A stretch of 64,000 bases of DNA. Source: an uncultured Methanosarcinales archaeon. GTDB taxonomy: Archaea > Nanobdellota > Nanobdellia > Woesearchaeales > UBA10107. The translations under genes were made by a program, and so were the position numbers. Of the stretch, positions 36,497 to 44,921 are shown piece by piece. The notes under the pieces are model-generated. The model was not told the origin of the DNA. It saw nothing but the letters and a program-made list of their open reading frames with translations, and did not search any database. Each line of letters begins with the position of its first letter. Position 1 is the first letter of the stretch. The stretch spans positions 42,396 through 106,395 of the forward strand of contig OZ246410.1 in NCBI GenBank assembly GCA_965231065.1. The letters are read 5' to 3'.

Positions 36497-37128
36497 TTCT
36501 TCCTCAGAATCTTCAGAACTTCCTCAGCGATCGGGACCGGATCTCCCCAGCCGCTGGTCGTCTTCAACACTCCCTTCTTTCCGTAATAATCAATCAATGG
36601 CTGTGTCTCTTGTTTGTATAGATTAAGCCGGTCGCGGATGACTTTCTCATTGTCATCGCTTCTTTTAATTAAAGGAACATTGCAGATATCGCACATCTCA
36701 TCGTGCTTTGGTCTTAGCACTGTTGTCATATTATATTCTTTCTTGCATTTCGGACAGGATCGTCGTCCTAACAATCGATGGACCAATGGTCCTTCTTCGA
36801 CATGGAAATTGATGACCGCATCGAGTTTCATCAGTTTGCTCAACGTATCTGCCTGATATAATGTCCGTGGAAATCCATCAAGGATGAAACCATTCTTGCA
36901 GTCAGGCTCCTCCAATCGCTTCTTGACGATCGCGATGGTATCTTCATCAGAGACAAATCTGCCTTCGTTCATGAGCTTCTCAATCTTTCTTCCCAAAGGA
37001 GTTTTCTTTTTTATCTCTCTCCTGAACATGTCGCCAGTAGATATATGGGGGATGTGCAGCTGTTGACTTATCAGTTTTGCGATAGTTCCCTTTCCTGCAC
37101 CTGGTGCTCCTAAGAATATCAATTTCAT
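36493..37128 (-). CDS. adk: Adenylate kinase, bacterial-type long form with Zn lid
   Basis: 211 aa with GAPGAGKGT, LDGFPRT and the lid CPKCKKEY...CDIC. Confidence 0.85.
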   Translation of the reverse strand: MKLIFLGAPGAGKGTIAKLISQQLHIPHISTGDMFRREIKKKTPLGRKIEKLMNEGRFVSDEDTIAIVKKRLEEPDCKNGFILDGFPRTLYQADTLSKLMKLDAVINFHVEEGPLVHRLLGRRSCPKCKKEYNMTTVLRPKHDEMCDICNVPLIKRSDDNEKVIRDRLNLYKQETQPLIDYYGKKGVLKTTSGWGDPVPIAEEVLKILRKK

Positions 37129-37138
37129 GAGTGTGAAA

Positions 37139-37211
37139 AGCCTCTGGAGGGAGTTGCACCCTCGACCTCGGGTTTACAAAACCCGCGCAATGGCTACTAT
37201 GCTACAGAGGC
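37139..37211 (-). tRNA. tRNA-Thr(UGU) with an atypical T-loop and D-loop
   Basis: By hand fold: GCCUCUG UA GCAU AGUAGCCA UUGC G CGGGU UUUGUAA ACCCG AGGUC GAGGG UGCAACU CCCUC CAGAGGC U. It is 73 nt. Position 55 is G rather than U, and the D-loop has GC where GG is expected. Confidence 0.7.
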
Positions 37212-37252
37212 ACTATAGAATCCACTTAATAGTTGATTTAAATAGTTTATTA

Positions 37253-37840
37253 TTAGTCCGGGAGGCCTTTGGAAGGCTGCTGGACTGTCTCCTCTGCAAC
37301 AAAGCTTTCGACCTTGAAGAACTGCTTGAGCAATCCCTGCAATTTGTATGCTTCTGAATAGATATAATTCTTGTGTGATTCGAGCTCTTCCCTGAATATC
37401 TTCTTCCGGAATACATCATGCACCAATCCGAGAACTCCGCCTTTCTCCCATTCATCCCTGAAATCCATCTCGACCGATGGTGTGATGTAGAATTCGACCT
37501 CACCTTTGTACAGTTTCATCTTCCGTCCTTTGTGCATGATCTCGGTCTCCTGTGCATCACCTAAGAAATGCATCTCGACATTGAGATGGTAGCGGACATA
37601 GGACGTATCCTTGTTGCTATCCAAAGGAAATTTGATGTAACGCCACCACAACCACGCGTCAAGAAATGTTCCGCCTGCCAATAACTTATGCGTGTAGACA
37701 GTCTCAGGATCATCATCGTACTGTGGACTTTTATAACTATTTTCCTTATACCATTCGAACATGATCTCGATAAGATTGATCATATCGAATGAATCTTTCA
37801 CTCTCAGATTGACTTTTGGAAGATCAATGAATTCAGACAT
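37253..37840 (-). CDS. Hypothetical protein
   Basis: 195 aa with no recognisable motif. Confidence 0.5.
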   Translation of the reverse strand: MSEFIDLPKVNLRVKDSFDMINLIEIMFEWYKENSYKSPQYDDDPETVYTHKLLAGGTFLDAWLWWRYIKFPLDSNKDTSYVRYHLNVEMHFLGDAQETEIMHKGRKMKLYKGEVEFYITPSVEMDFRDEWEKGGVLGLVHDVFRKKIFREELESHKNYIYSEAYKLQGLLKQFFKVESFVAEETVQQPSKGLPD

Positions 37841-37921
37841 ACTGAGAATATATTGAAAAAGAGGTTATAAAGGTTGCGGAATCAGATAAGTTTTTATAAT
37901 ACGTATAAGCCCTGAAATCTC

Positions 37922-39121
37922 ATGATTATAGGCTTAGTGGGTGCACCATCATCAGGGAAAAGTTCGTTCTTCAAGGCAGCTACATTGGCGAATGTTGAGA
38001 TAGCAAACTATCCGTTCACGACCATCAAGCCAAACCATGCAGTCGGTTTTGTCAAGATCGATTGTGTTGACAAGTTTTTTGGCAAACAATGCAATCCCCG
38101 TTTCGGATACTGTATCAACCACAAACGATTCGTTCCGGTCGATATGATGGACATCGCCGGATTAGTACCGGGAGCCCACGAAGGACTTGGTATGGGAAAT
38201 CAATTCTTAGAAGATATCAGACAGGCAAACGTATGCATCCACATCGTCGATGCGTCCGGCTCGACGAATGAGAAAGGAGAATCTGTCGCTGCGTTAAGTC
38301 ACGATCCATTGAAAAATGTCACATTCCTGGAAGAAGAATTAGATTATTGGTATTTCGGAAGCTTGCAAAGAGGCTGGGAAAAGACAGCACGGTTATTAGT
38401 TCAGGAAAAAGGAGTTGTCTATAAGGCATTCGCAAAGCAGATGAGTGCCTTCGGTGTGACTGAAGACATGTCGAAAGAAGTTCTTGAGAAATTAAAATTG
38501 AACGAGAAGAAGCCGACTGACTGGACAGAAGCTGAATTATTCACTGTCGCAAAGACTTTCAGGAAGATGACAAAACCTGTCTTGATAGCTGCAAATAAGA
38601 TCGATATTCCGGGCACCGAGAAGAATGTTGAGCGGATGAAAAAGGAATTTCCAAACTATGTAATCATCCCTTGTTCTGCAGAGAGTGAATTAGCACTACG
38701 ACAGGCAGCGAAAGCAGGCGTTATTGATTATATTCCTGGTGAGAGTGACTTCAAGATCATTGATCCTGCTAAACTGAATGATTCACAGAAAAAAGCATTG
38801 GAATACATAAGAGAAAATATCCTGAAGAAGTTCGGCAGCACAGGTGTGCAGCAAGTGTTGAATTCTGCCGTCTTTGATTTCCTGAAATATGTGGCGATCT
38901 ATCCGGGCGGTGTTGGTAAGTTGGTAGACTCAGAAGGTCGTACGCTGCCTGATTGTTTCCTTATGCCTCCGGGTACAACAGCGTTGGATTTCGCTTTTAA
39001 ATTGCACTCTGACTTCGGTAAGAACTTCATCAGAGCGGTGAATGTCAAGACCAAGATGGCGATTGGAAGAGATGTTCCCTTGCAGAATGGCGATGTGGTT
39101 GAGATATTTTCTGGAAAATAA
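37922..39121 (+). CDS. Obg-family P-loop NTPase (YchF/OLA1-like) with a C-terminal TGS-like domain
   Basis: 399 aa with GLVGAPSSGKSSFF, NYPFTTI, DIAGLV, ANKID and the C-terminal LQNGDVVEIF. Confidence 0.75.
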   Translation: MIIGLVGAPSSGKSSFFKAATLANVEIANYPFTTIKPNHAVGFVKIDCVDKFFGKQCNPRFGYCINHKRFVPVDMMDIAGLVPGAHEGLGMGNQFLEDIRQANVCIHIVDASGSTNEKGESVAALSHDPLKNVTFLEEELDYWYFGSLQRGWEKTARLLVQEKGVVYKAFAKQMSAFGVTEDMSKEVLEKLKLNEKKPTDWTEAELFTVAKTFRKMTKPVLIAANKIDIPGTEKNVERMKKEFPNYVIIPCSAESELALRQAAKAGVIDYIPGESDFKIIDPAKLNDSQKKALEYIRENILKKFGSTGVQQVLNSAVFDFLKYVAIYPGGVGKLVDSEGRTLPDCFLMPPGTTALDFAFKLHSDFGKNFIRAVNVKTKMAIGRDVPLQNGDVVEIFSGK

Positions 39122-39505
39122 TTATTTCTTCTTCTGATTGAATACCGTATTGATGTCAATCACATATTTTCCTTCACCGATCTTAAAGATCAAAGGATCT
39201 TTCTTGAACAATCTGACTAGATCCAATTCAAACTTGCCTGGTTCGACGGAACGGATCGACTCGATATCTAAAATCACCGGTCGATCATCATCAGGACGTA
39301 ATTCGACCAGTTCGTACACTTCTTTCTCCATCTCTTTCTTCTCAGGCAGCGTCAAGTTTTTGATCGCTTCCAATGTCTCCTGATTCTGTCTCAGTTTCTC
39401 TTTCTTGACAAAGAAAAATATCTTAGCACCACACGAACATCCCTTTAAGATGATATCAGAACCATCATCATAGAATTTATTGCACCGGACACATTGGTGA
39501 GGCAT
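39122..39505 (-). CDS. Zn-ribbon protein conserved in archaea (recalled as DUF2072-like)
   Basis: 127 aa: MPHQCVRCNKFYDDGSDIILKGCSCGAKIFFFV. It is the last gene of a three-gene minus-strand operon. Confidence 0.6.
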   Translation of the reverse strand: MPHQCVRCNKFYDDGSDIILKGCSCGAKIFFFVKKEKLRQNQETLEAIKNLTLPEKKEMEKEVYELVELRPDDDRPVILDIESIRSVEPGKFELDLVRLFKKDPLIFKIGEGKYVIDINTVFNQKKK

Positions 39506-39510
39506 ATAAA

Positions 39511-39897
39511 CTACCTCCTTCGCTTCGGTTTCTCTTTGCTGAGCATCAACTGTATCTTTTCAGGATCTTTCTTGATCGCTTTGACGACCGATGCCGGACC
39601 GACGATCGTCAATCCTTGTCGATCTCCGAGAATCGCATCAATAAGATCGTTCTTGATCTTCGTCAAACCGACTTCTCTGCCGGTATGCGGATTGACCACT
39701 GCCAATTCAATGCCTTTGAATTCTTTGTTGATCTCTTCCATAGTGGCTTTGATCAGTTCTGTCTCTTCCTCTTTTTTCAAGCGACCTTGTAATAAAGCGA
39801 TCTTGTTCTCTTTCGCGACATTCAACAGCATGCGTATCCGGCCCAAAGAAGTCAATCCTTCTATTTTTGAATACGGAATCAGTTGTATTGTTACCAT
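39511..39897 (-). CDS. Conserved archaeal protein (recalled as DUF2073-like)
   Basis: 128 aa, lying between the GTPase and the Zn-ribbon gene with 3-5 nt spacers. Confidence 0.55.
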   Translation of the reverse strand: MVTIQLIPYSKIEGLTSLGRIRMLLNVAKENKIALLQGRLKKEEETELIKATMEEINKEFKGIELAVVNPHTGREVGLTKIKNDLIDAILGDRQGLTIVGPASVVKAIKKDPEKIQLMLSKEKPKRRR

Positions 39898-39900
39898 CGA

Positions 39901-40530
39901 TTAACCTACCAGCGCGAACAGCGCCTCATAGAAGGTGTCTATACCCTTCCCTTTTTTCGCTGACATCCCTATGACGTCATATTGAGGGAATGCAGACTGG
40001 ACTTTTTTTATGTTTGCTTTTTTCAGGTCTGTTTTGTTGGCGACAATCAGCACAGGGATGTCACGAGCAGCCAGATTGCCGATAACCGTGATATTGACCT
40101 GTGAGTACGGATCTTTTGTCGCATCAAGAACAACGACGACCGCATGCATGTTGTCAATCCACTTAATGGCTTCTATAACTCCTTTCGTCGCTTCTTTCGC
40201 ACGCTTCTTCGCAGATGCCTTATTCATGCCTGCTTTCAAGAATTCTTCGTAATCAATCTTCGTAGCGATACCAGGAGTGTCTGCGATCTGGAACATGAGC
40301 TTCCTGCCATCATGTTCTATCTCGACATCCTTCACCGCGACTGCACGTGTCTCGTGTGCGATCTCAGAAACTTTACCGATTTCCTGTCCGATCCAATCCT
40401 GACAGATCTTATTCGCTAATGTTGTCTTACCGGCATTAGGAGGGCCATAAAACCCTAGATTAAGCTGCTTTCGTGCAGAGAATATGTCCCTAAAAACCTT
40501 ATCTATGAACTTTTTGAAGATATCTAACAT
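39901..40530 (-). CDS. Small GTP-binding protein
   Basis: 209 aa with G1 GPPNAGKTTL, G3 DTPGI and G4 ANKTD. Confidence 0.75.
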   Translation of the reverse strand: MLDIFKKFIDKVFRDIFSARKQLNLGFYGPPNAGKTTLANKICQDWIGQEIGKVSEIAHETRAVAVKDVEIEHDGRKLMFQIADTPGIATKIDYEEFLKAGMNKASAKKRAKEATKGVIEAIKWIDNMHAVVVVLDATKDPYSQVNITVIGNLAARDIPVLIVANKTDLKKANIKKVQSAFPQYDVIGMSAKKGKGIDTFYEALFALVG

Positions 40531-40628
40531 CCAACCACCACTTGGAAAAATGGCTGATTAGCAAGTTTATAAATGTTATGGAAGCGTTCAATAAGGTTTA
40601 AATAAGGTCTATATTTAAATGAAATGTG

Positions 40629-41186
40629 ATGGACAAAAGAGTACAAGAGGACATCATTTCTGTGTTAAATCAGGCACTTGCATTGATACAAAAGCATGAT
40701 TTCAGCGAATTGAAGGAACTTTCTAACCATACGATCCACAATGCGTCTATCTTTCAGGACCAGGATTCTATACAGATCGCGGTCATTGTCTATTCTTTGG
40801 CGAAAATCATTGAGCGAGCAGAGCAGCAAGGCCAGACCATATCGATGAATGTGACCAAGACGATGGGAAATGCGCTTACATATCTCAGGGATGATGATGA
40901 ATCAAAGTATCATGATGAGATCAAGAAAGTATTGAAGCAGCTTTCTGAAAGCGACCAGCGGATTGTCATGTATGTACAGCAGGTTATCGAAAAAGCACAT
41001 ATTGTGAAAGGAGGTAATCTGTATCGCCATGGAATCTCCATGGGCAGAGCTGCTGAGATTCTCGGCGTCAACCAGTGGGATCTCATGAGTTTTGTCGGTA
41101 AGACTCGGATCGCTGATGAAGATGGCATACTCGGCAAGGTCAATGATAGATTGAGCTTCTCAAAAAAACTGTTCAAGGTACCATGA
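40629..41186 (+). CDS. Helical protein with a C-terminal UPF0175-like HTH (putative antitoxin-like or regulator)
   Basis: 185 aa from the ATG at 40629 (the track starts at GTG 40626). The C-terminus is HGISMGRAAEILGVNQWDLMSFVGK. The stop overlaps the next ATG (ATGA). Confidence 0.55.
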   Translation: MDKRVQEDIISVLNQALALIQKHDFSELKELSNHTIHNASIFQDQDSIQIAVIVYSLAKIIERAEQQGQTISMNVTKTMGNALTYLRDDDESKYHDEIKKVLKQLSESDQRIVMYVQQVIEKAHIVKGGNLYRHGISMGRAAEILGVNQWDLMSFVGKTRIADEDGILGKVNDRLSFSKKLFKVP

Positions 41187-41869
41187 GATCGATCATATTT
41201 GATGCAGGGCCGATCATCAGCCTGACGACGAACAACATGCTGTGGCTGCTCGAAAAACTGAAATTACGTTACGGCGGAGATTTTCTCATACCGCACGAGG
41301 TTGAGCTTGAATTAGTGCAGAAGCCTCTGGACATAAAACGATTCAAACTGGAAGCATTGGAAGTCAACCGTGAAATCAATAATGGCACTCTCAAAGTCGT
41401 CAATGATGTACGTGTCAAGAAACTAAAAGAAGAACTATTATCCATGATGAACAACTGCTTCATCGCCAAGGGAATGCCGATCAAGATCGTTCATCAAGGA
41501 GAGATTGCTGCAGTTGCCGCTGCATTGTTATATGATGCGGATGCGATCGTCATCGACGAGCGAACAACCAGGGAATTGATAGAGAATCCTGAAGGATTGG
41601 CTGAACTGATGAGCAAGCACCTCCACACGAACGTGGAAGTCGATCGGCAGCGACTGGCTGACATCAAAGAACGCATCGGCCACTTAAAAGTCATCCGTTC
41701 CATCGAGCTTGCGGTCATGGGTTATGAACTAGGATGGTTCGACAACTATCTGACGCATGACAAAGAGGCACGAAAGACTTTAATAGAAGCTATCCTTTGG
41801 GGCATCAAGATGAGAGGTGCGTCCATTTCACAGCAGGAGATTGACCGGATCGTGAAGATAGAAAAATGA
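41183..41869 (+). CDS. PIN-like nuclease domain protein (DUF3368/COG2405-like) with a C-terminal extension
   Basis: 228 aa. The acidic residues are IIFDAGPIISL (N-terminal Asp), HQGEIAAVAAALLYDADAIVIDERTTREL (Glu and Asp). This is longer than typical ~150-aa members. Confidence 0.55.
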   Translation: MRSIIFDAGPIISLTTNNMLWLLEKLKLRYGGDFLIPHEVELELVQKPLDIKRFKLEALEVNREINNGTLKVVNDVRVKKLKEELLSMMNNCFIAKGMPIKIVHQGEIAAVAAALLYDADAIVIDERTTRELIENPEGLAELMSKHLHTNVEVDRQRLADIKERIGHLKVIRSIELAVMGYELGWFDNYLTHDKEARKTLIEAILWGIKMRGASISQQEIDRIVKIEK

Positions 41870-42009
41870 TACAACCAATCTGCGACAGGTGCAAAAAAGA
41901 ATTGAAGGAATTTGGAGCGCTTCTCTTCAGTCCGCCGGAAGGCAAACAGGTGAAGAAATACCACATCTGCAGGGACTGCTATCGATTGCTTGAAAAAGAA
42001 GTACAGTAA
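41866..42009 (+). CDS. 47-aa Zn-ribbon-like protein
   Basis: An ORF absent from the track: MIQPICDRCKKELKEFGALLFSPPEGKQVKKYHICRDCYRLLEKEVQ (CxxC...CxxC). It has an ATGA overlap with the upstream gene and ends 3 nt before the herA-like ATG. Confidence 0.5.
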   Translation: MIQPICDRCKKELKEFGALLFSPPEGKQVKKYHICRDCYRLLEKEVQ

Positions 42010-42012
42010 CAT

Positions 42013-43527
42013 ATGAAAGGACAGGTTATTGGGGGAGATTACAGCAAAGTCATCGTCAGACAGAAGTCTGACGAGGATCTTGAGATAGGTGAACTGCTCG
42101 TCGCAGAATCAGGCGATGAGAAACTTCTTTTGCAGGTATATGATCTATTGTATGGCTCTCAGATCTCGCCGCAGAATCTTGAACTGATCTCTGGCATGAA
42201 GCTGGAAGAGAACACAGACTTCAAGATGATGGATTTACATTTACGTAACTACAAACTAGCGTTTCTGAAACCCCTGCTCAGTCTGAACAATTTCTCATTA
42301 TGCAAGACACTGCCAAAGATCTTCTCAGAGATACGGGAAGTCACCGCAGAAGATCTGAAAGGTCTGGAAAAGCCTAAGAATCCATTGAAATTAGGGTATT
42401 TACGTTCAGGATCAAAAGAATTGGACTTACCTGTGTATGTCGACGGCAAAGAAGTATTTGCGCACCACATCTTGATCACTGCGACGACCGGTCGTGGAAA
42501 GAGTAATCTATTGAAATGCATCCTGTGGGATCTGTTGGATAAGAACTATTGCAGTTCGTTGATATTAGATCCGCATGATGAATACTACGGCAGGAATGAA
42601 CTCGGATTGAAGGATCATCCGGCAAAAGAGAATCTGGTGTATTACACACCGAAGAATCCGCCTGCCGGCGCGAACACCTTCAAGATCAATGTGAAAGATC
42701 TGCTGCCTGAACACTTCTATGGTGTCTCTGATTTCTCAGATCCGCAGTGGCAGGCATTGTATCTGTATCGAAAACAATACGGCAATGGGTGGATCGAAGC
42801 AATCTTGTTGGAGAAACCAGTGCAGGGAATGGCATTCGATGAACGGACGACTGCCGTGGTAAAAAGAAAGGTCGCTTCAATCCTAAATATCATGTTTGAG
42901 AGTGATCGGTTTGTTTCACGCGGTGCATTCTCGATCAGCGTCGGTGAATCGACCGTGAGCAATATTTGCAATAATCTGGAGAACGGCAAGACTGTTGTGA
43001 TCGATACCTCTGTGTTTTCAGGTGATGCCGAGATATTAGTCGGTTCAGTAATTTGTTCTGAACTATTGAAGCGATATAAACGATACAAAGATGATGGAAC
43101 GCTAGATAAAAGACCGGTTGTTACTGTTGTTCTTGAAGAAGCGCCCCGTGTATTAGGAAAAGCTGTCTTGGAACGCGGACCGAATATATTTTCAACGATT
43201 GCGAGAGAAGGACGTAAGTTTAAAGTAGGATTGACTGCAATAACACAGCTGCCTTCATTGATACCACGAGAGATACTCGCGAACATGAATACGAAGATCA
43301 TATTAGGCATCGAGATGAAACCAGAACGCCAGGCGATTATTGATTCTGCCGCTCAAGACTTGAGCGAAAGTGATAGGAATATCGCTGCATTGGACAAGGG
43401 CGAAGCGATCATCACATCGAACTTCACACGCTTCGCAATGCCGGTCAAGATTCCTTTGTTCAAGACATTGGTACAGAATACGGTCCAGAAGAAGCTCAAG
43501 ACTGACTTTTCAGGCATTTCAGGATAA
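42013..43527 (+). CDS. HerA-type (COG0433/DUF87) hexameric ATPase with an N-terminal HAS-barrel
   Basis: 504 aa. It has the N-terminal barrel-like [33 protein letters not shown], Walker [13 protein letters not shown] and Walker [14 protein letters not shown]. Confidence 0.75.
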   Translation: MKGQVIGGDYSKVIVRQKSDEDLEIGELLVAESGDEKLLLQVYDLLYGSQISPQNLELISGMKLEENTDFKMMDLHLRNYKLAFLKPLLSLNNFSLCKTLPKIFSEIREVTAEDLKGLEKPKNPLKLGYLRSGSKELDLPVYVDGKEVFAHHILITATTGRGKSNLLKCILWDLLDKNYCSSLILDPHDEYYGRNELGLKDHPAKENLVYYTPKNPPAGANTFKINVKDLLPEHFYGVSDFSDPQWQALYLYRKQYGNGWIEAILLEKPVQGMAFDERTTAVVKRKVASILNIMFESDRFVSRGAFSISVGESTVSNICNNLENGKTVVIDTSVFSGDAEILVGSVICSELLKRYKRYKDDGTLDKRPVVTVVLEEAPRVLGKAVLERGPNIFSTIAREGRKFKVGLTAITQLPSLIPREILANMNTKIILGIEMKPERQAIIDSAAQDLSESDRNIAALDKGEAIITSNFTRFAMPVKIPLFKTLVQNTVQKKLKTDFSGISG

Positions 43528-43559
43528 GGTTTTTATAGTAACGGACGGTACATAAGGAT

Positions 43560-43988
43560 ATGACTGAGACGGACAAGTTATTAGTGCTGAAGAGAAGAGA
43601 GATAGACCTCGTCAAGGCCGAGTACCTTAATCTGAAAAGAGCGATCGAACGCGCGTTGGAAGTCATTGAACATCAGCGCGAAGAAGATTTTCTGGTACAG
43701 AACCGTACGACATTATTGACGGGAATATTCGGTAAGCTCGATGAGATCATCAAGATCTGCGATGATGAGAAACGATTGGGCGGCATGAAGACCTATCAGA
43801 CACTCGCTATGCAGGTCAATCTGCTTTCATATCGGGCACGATTATATCGAAAATATTTTCTGGAGAGGACGATCAGCACAAAAGAACAGGCATATCATCA
43901 ATTCAGGAAAGTCATCAAGGAGTTCTTTGAAAGCAAGGTCGCGATCGCATTTGCGACGGTCATCGCAGAAGATAAGGTGGCGATCTGA
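43560..43988 (+). CDS. Hypothetical helical protein
   Basis: 142 aa, downstream of the herA-like gene. Its stop overlaps the next ATG by 1 nt. Confidence 0.5.
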   Translation: MTETDKLLVLKRREIDLVKAEYLNLKRAIERALEVIEHQREEDFLVQNRTTLLTGIFGKLDEIIKICDDEKRLGGMKTYQTLAMQVNLLSYRARLYRKYFLERTISTKEQAYHQFRKVIKEFFESKVAIAFATVIAEDKVAI

Positions 43989-44281
43989 TGGCAGAGATCA
44001 TTGGCTACAATACATTGGTACAAGCAGATGAAGATCTGGAAAAAGAGATAAAAGAAGCACTGGCTCAGAATAAATATCCAAAAGATCTGAAATTTCTGCG
44101 ATTTTTGAAACGGGCAAATGAATTGGATTATAAAAGAATCCATCACCACATGGATCTTTTGATACTTCAGATGAATATTTTCATCAAGAGAGGACAGTAC
44201 ACGACACATAAACAAGGCATCGATATCAAGATGAGGAAACAGAAATGGGAAACGTATTCGGATGAACTTAAGAACGGTTAA
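43988..44281 (+). CDS. Hypothetical small basic protein
   Basis: 97 aa. It is the last gene of the cassette. Confidence 0.45.
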   Translation: MAEIIGYNTLVQADEDLEKEIKEALAQNKYPKDLKFLRFLKRANELDYKRIHHHMDLLILQMNIFIKRGQYTTHKQGIDIKMRKQKWETYSDELKNG

Positions 44282-44820
44282 AGTTTTGCGTTGAGCTGAT
44301 ATTCATTTTTGCCGGTCATATAGGTTTCTCCAGTCTCTACATCGCCTTGCATAACATCATAGCGCTGATCTGATCGATAGGTGATGAGTTTTCTATTGCG
44401 AGAGCCGATGATAATCATGTCAAGCGTATTACCCTTTGGCAATGTCCTGTCGAATAACTTTCTCCGTTCATCCGGAACGACAATGCCTTTTTTTCGTTCA
44501 AAATCTGTTCCTTGGATGATGCCGTTGTTTTTATGGACGAGCTCAATCATCGGCAGATACTCTTTTAATACACATACATCCTTCAGCGCATCAAGTGTCT
44601 GGTTGGATTTTCTTTTGTATGCGGCTGCAGACGCTTCTGCAGTCATGGCTTCGATGAAAAGACGGACGCGTTTATTCACACGTTCTATGCGCAGCTCAAG
44701 GACCTTCTGTGGATTTTCTAAGTGCCATGACTTTGCATGGTTAGTGTAGAATGTAAGAAGATCAGTCTTATTGTGGAATGAGCCAAGAATGAGCTGCCAC
44801 GGAGATATGAGTTCTTTCAT
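44278..44820 (-). CDS. Hypothetical protein
   Basis: 180 aa. It is convergent with the cassette and divergent from mre11. No motif was recognised. Confidence 0.5.
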   Translation of the reverse strand: MKELISPWQLILGSFHNKTDLLTFYTNHAKSWHLENPQKVLELRIERVNKRVRLFIEAMTAEASAAAYKRKSNQTLDALKDVCVLKEYLPMIELVHKNNGIIQGTDFERKKGIVVPDERRKLFDRTLPKGNTLDMIIIGSRNRKLITYRSDQRYDVMQGDVETGETYMTGKNEYQLNAKL

Positions 44821-44921
44821 TGCCTGGCCAAAACTCAGGTGATATTTAAACTTTATTACCTACTGGATACGAAACAAATATTAATAACGTTGAGTGTATC
44901 ATGTGTCTATGGGGGCTAAAA

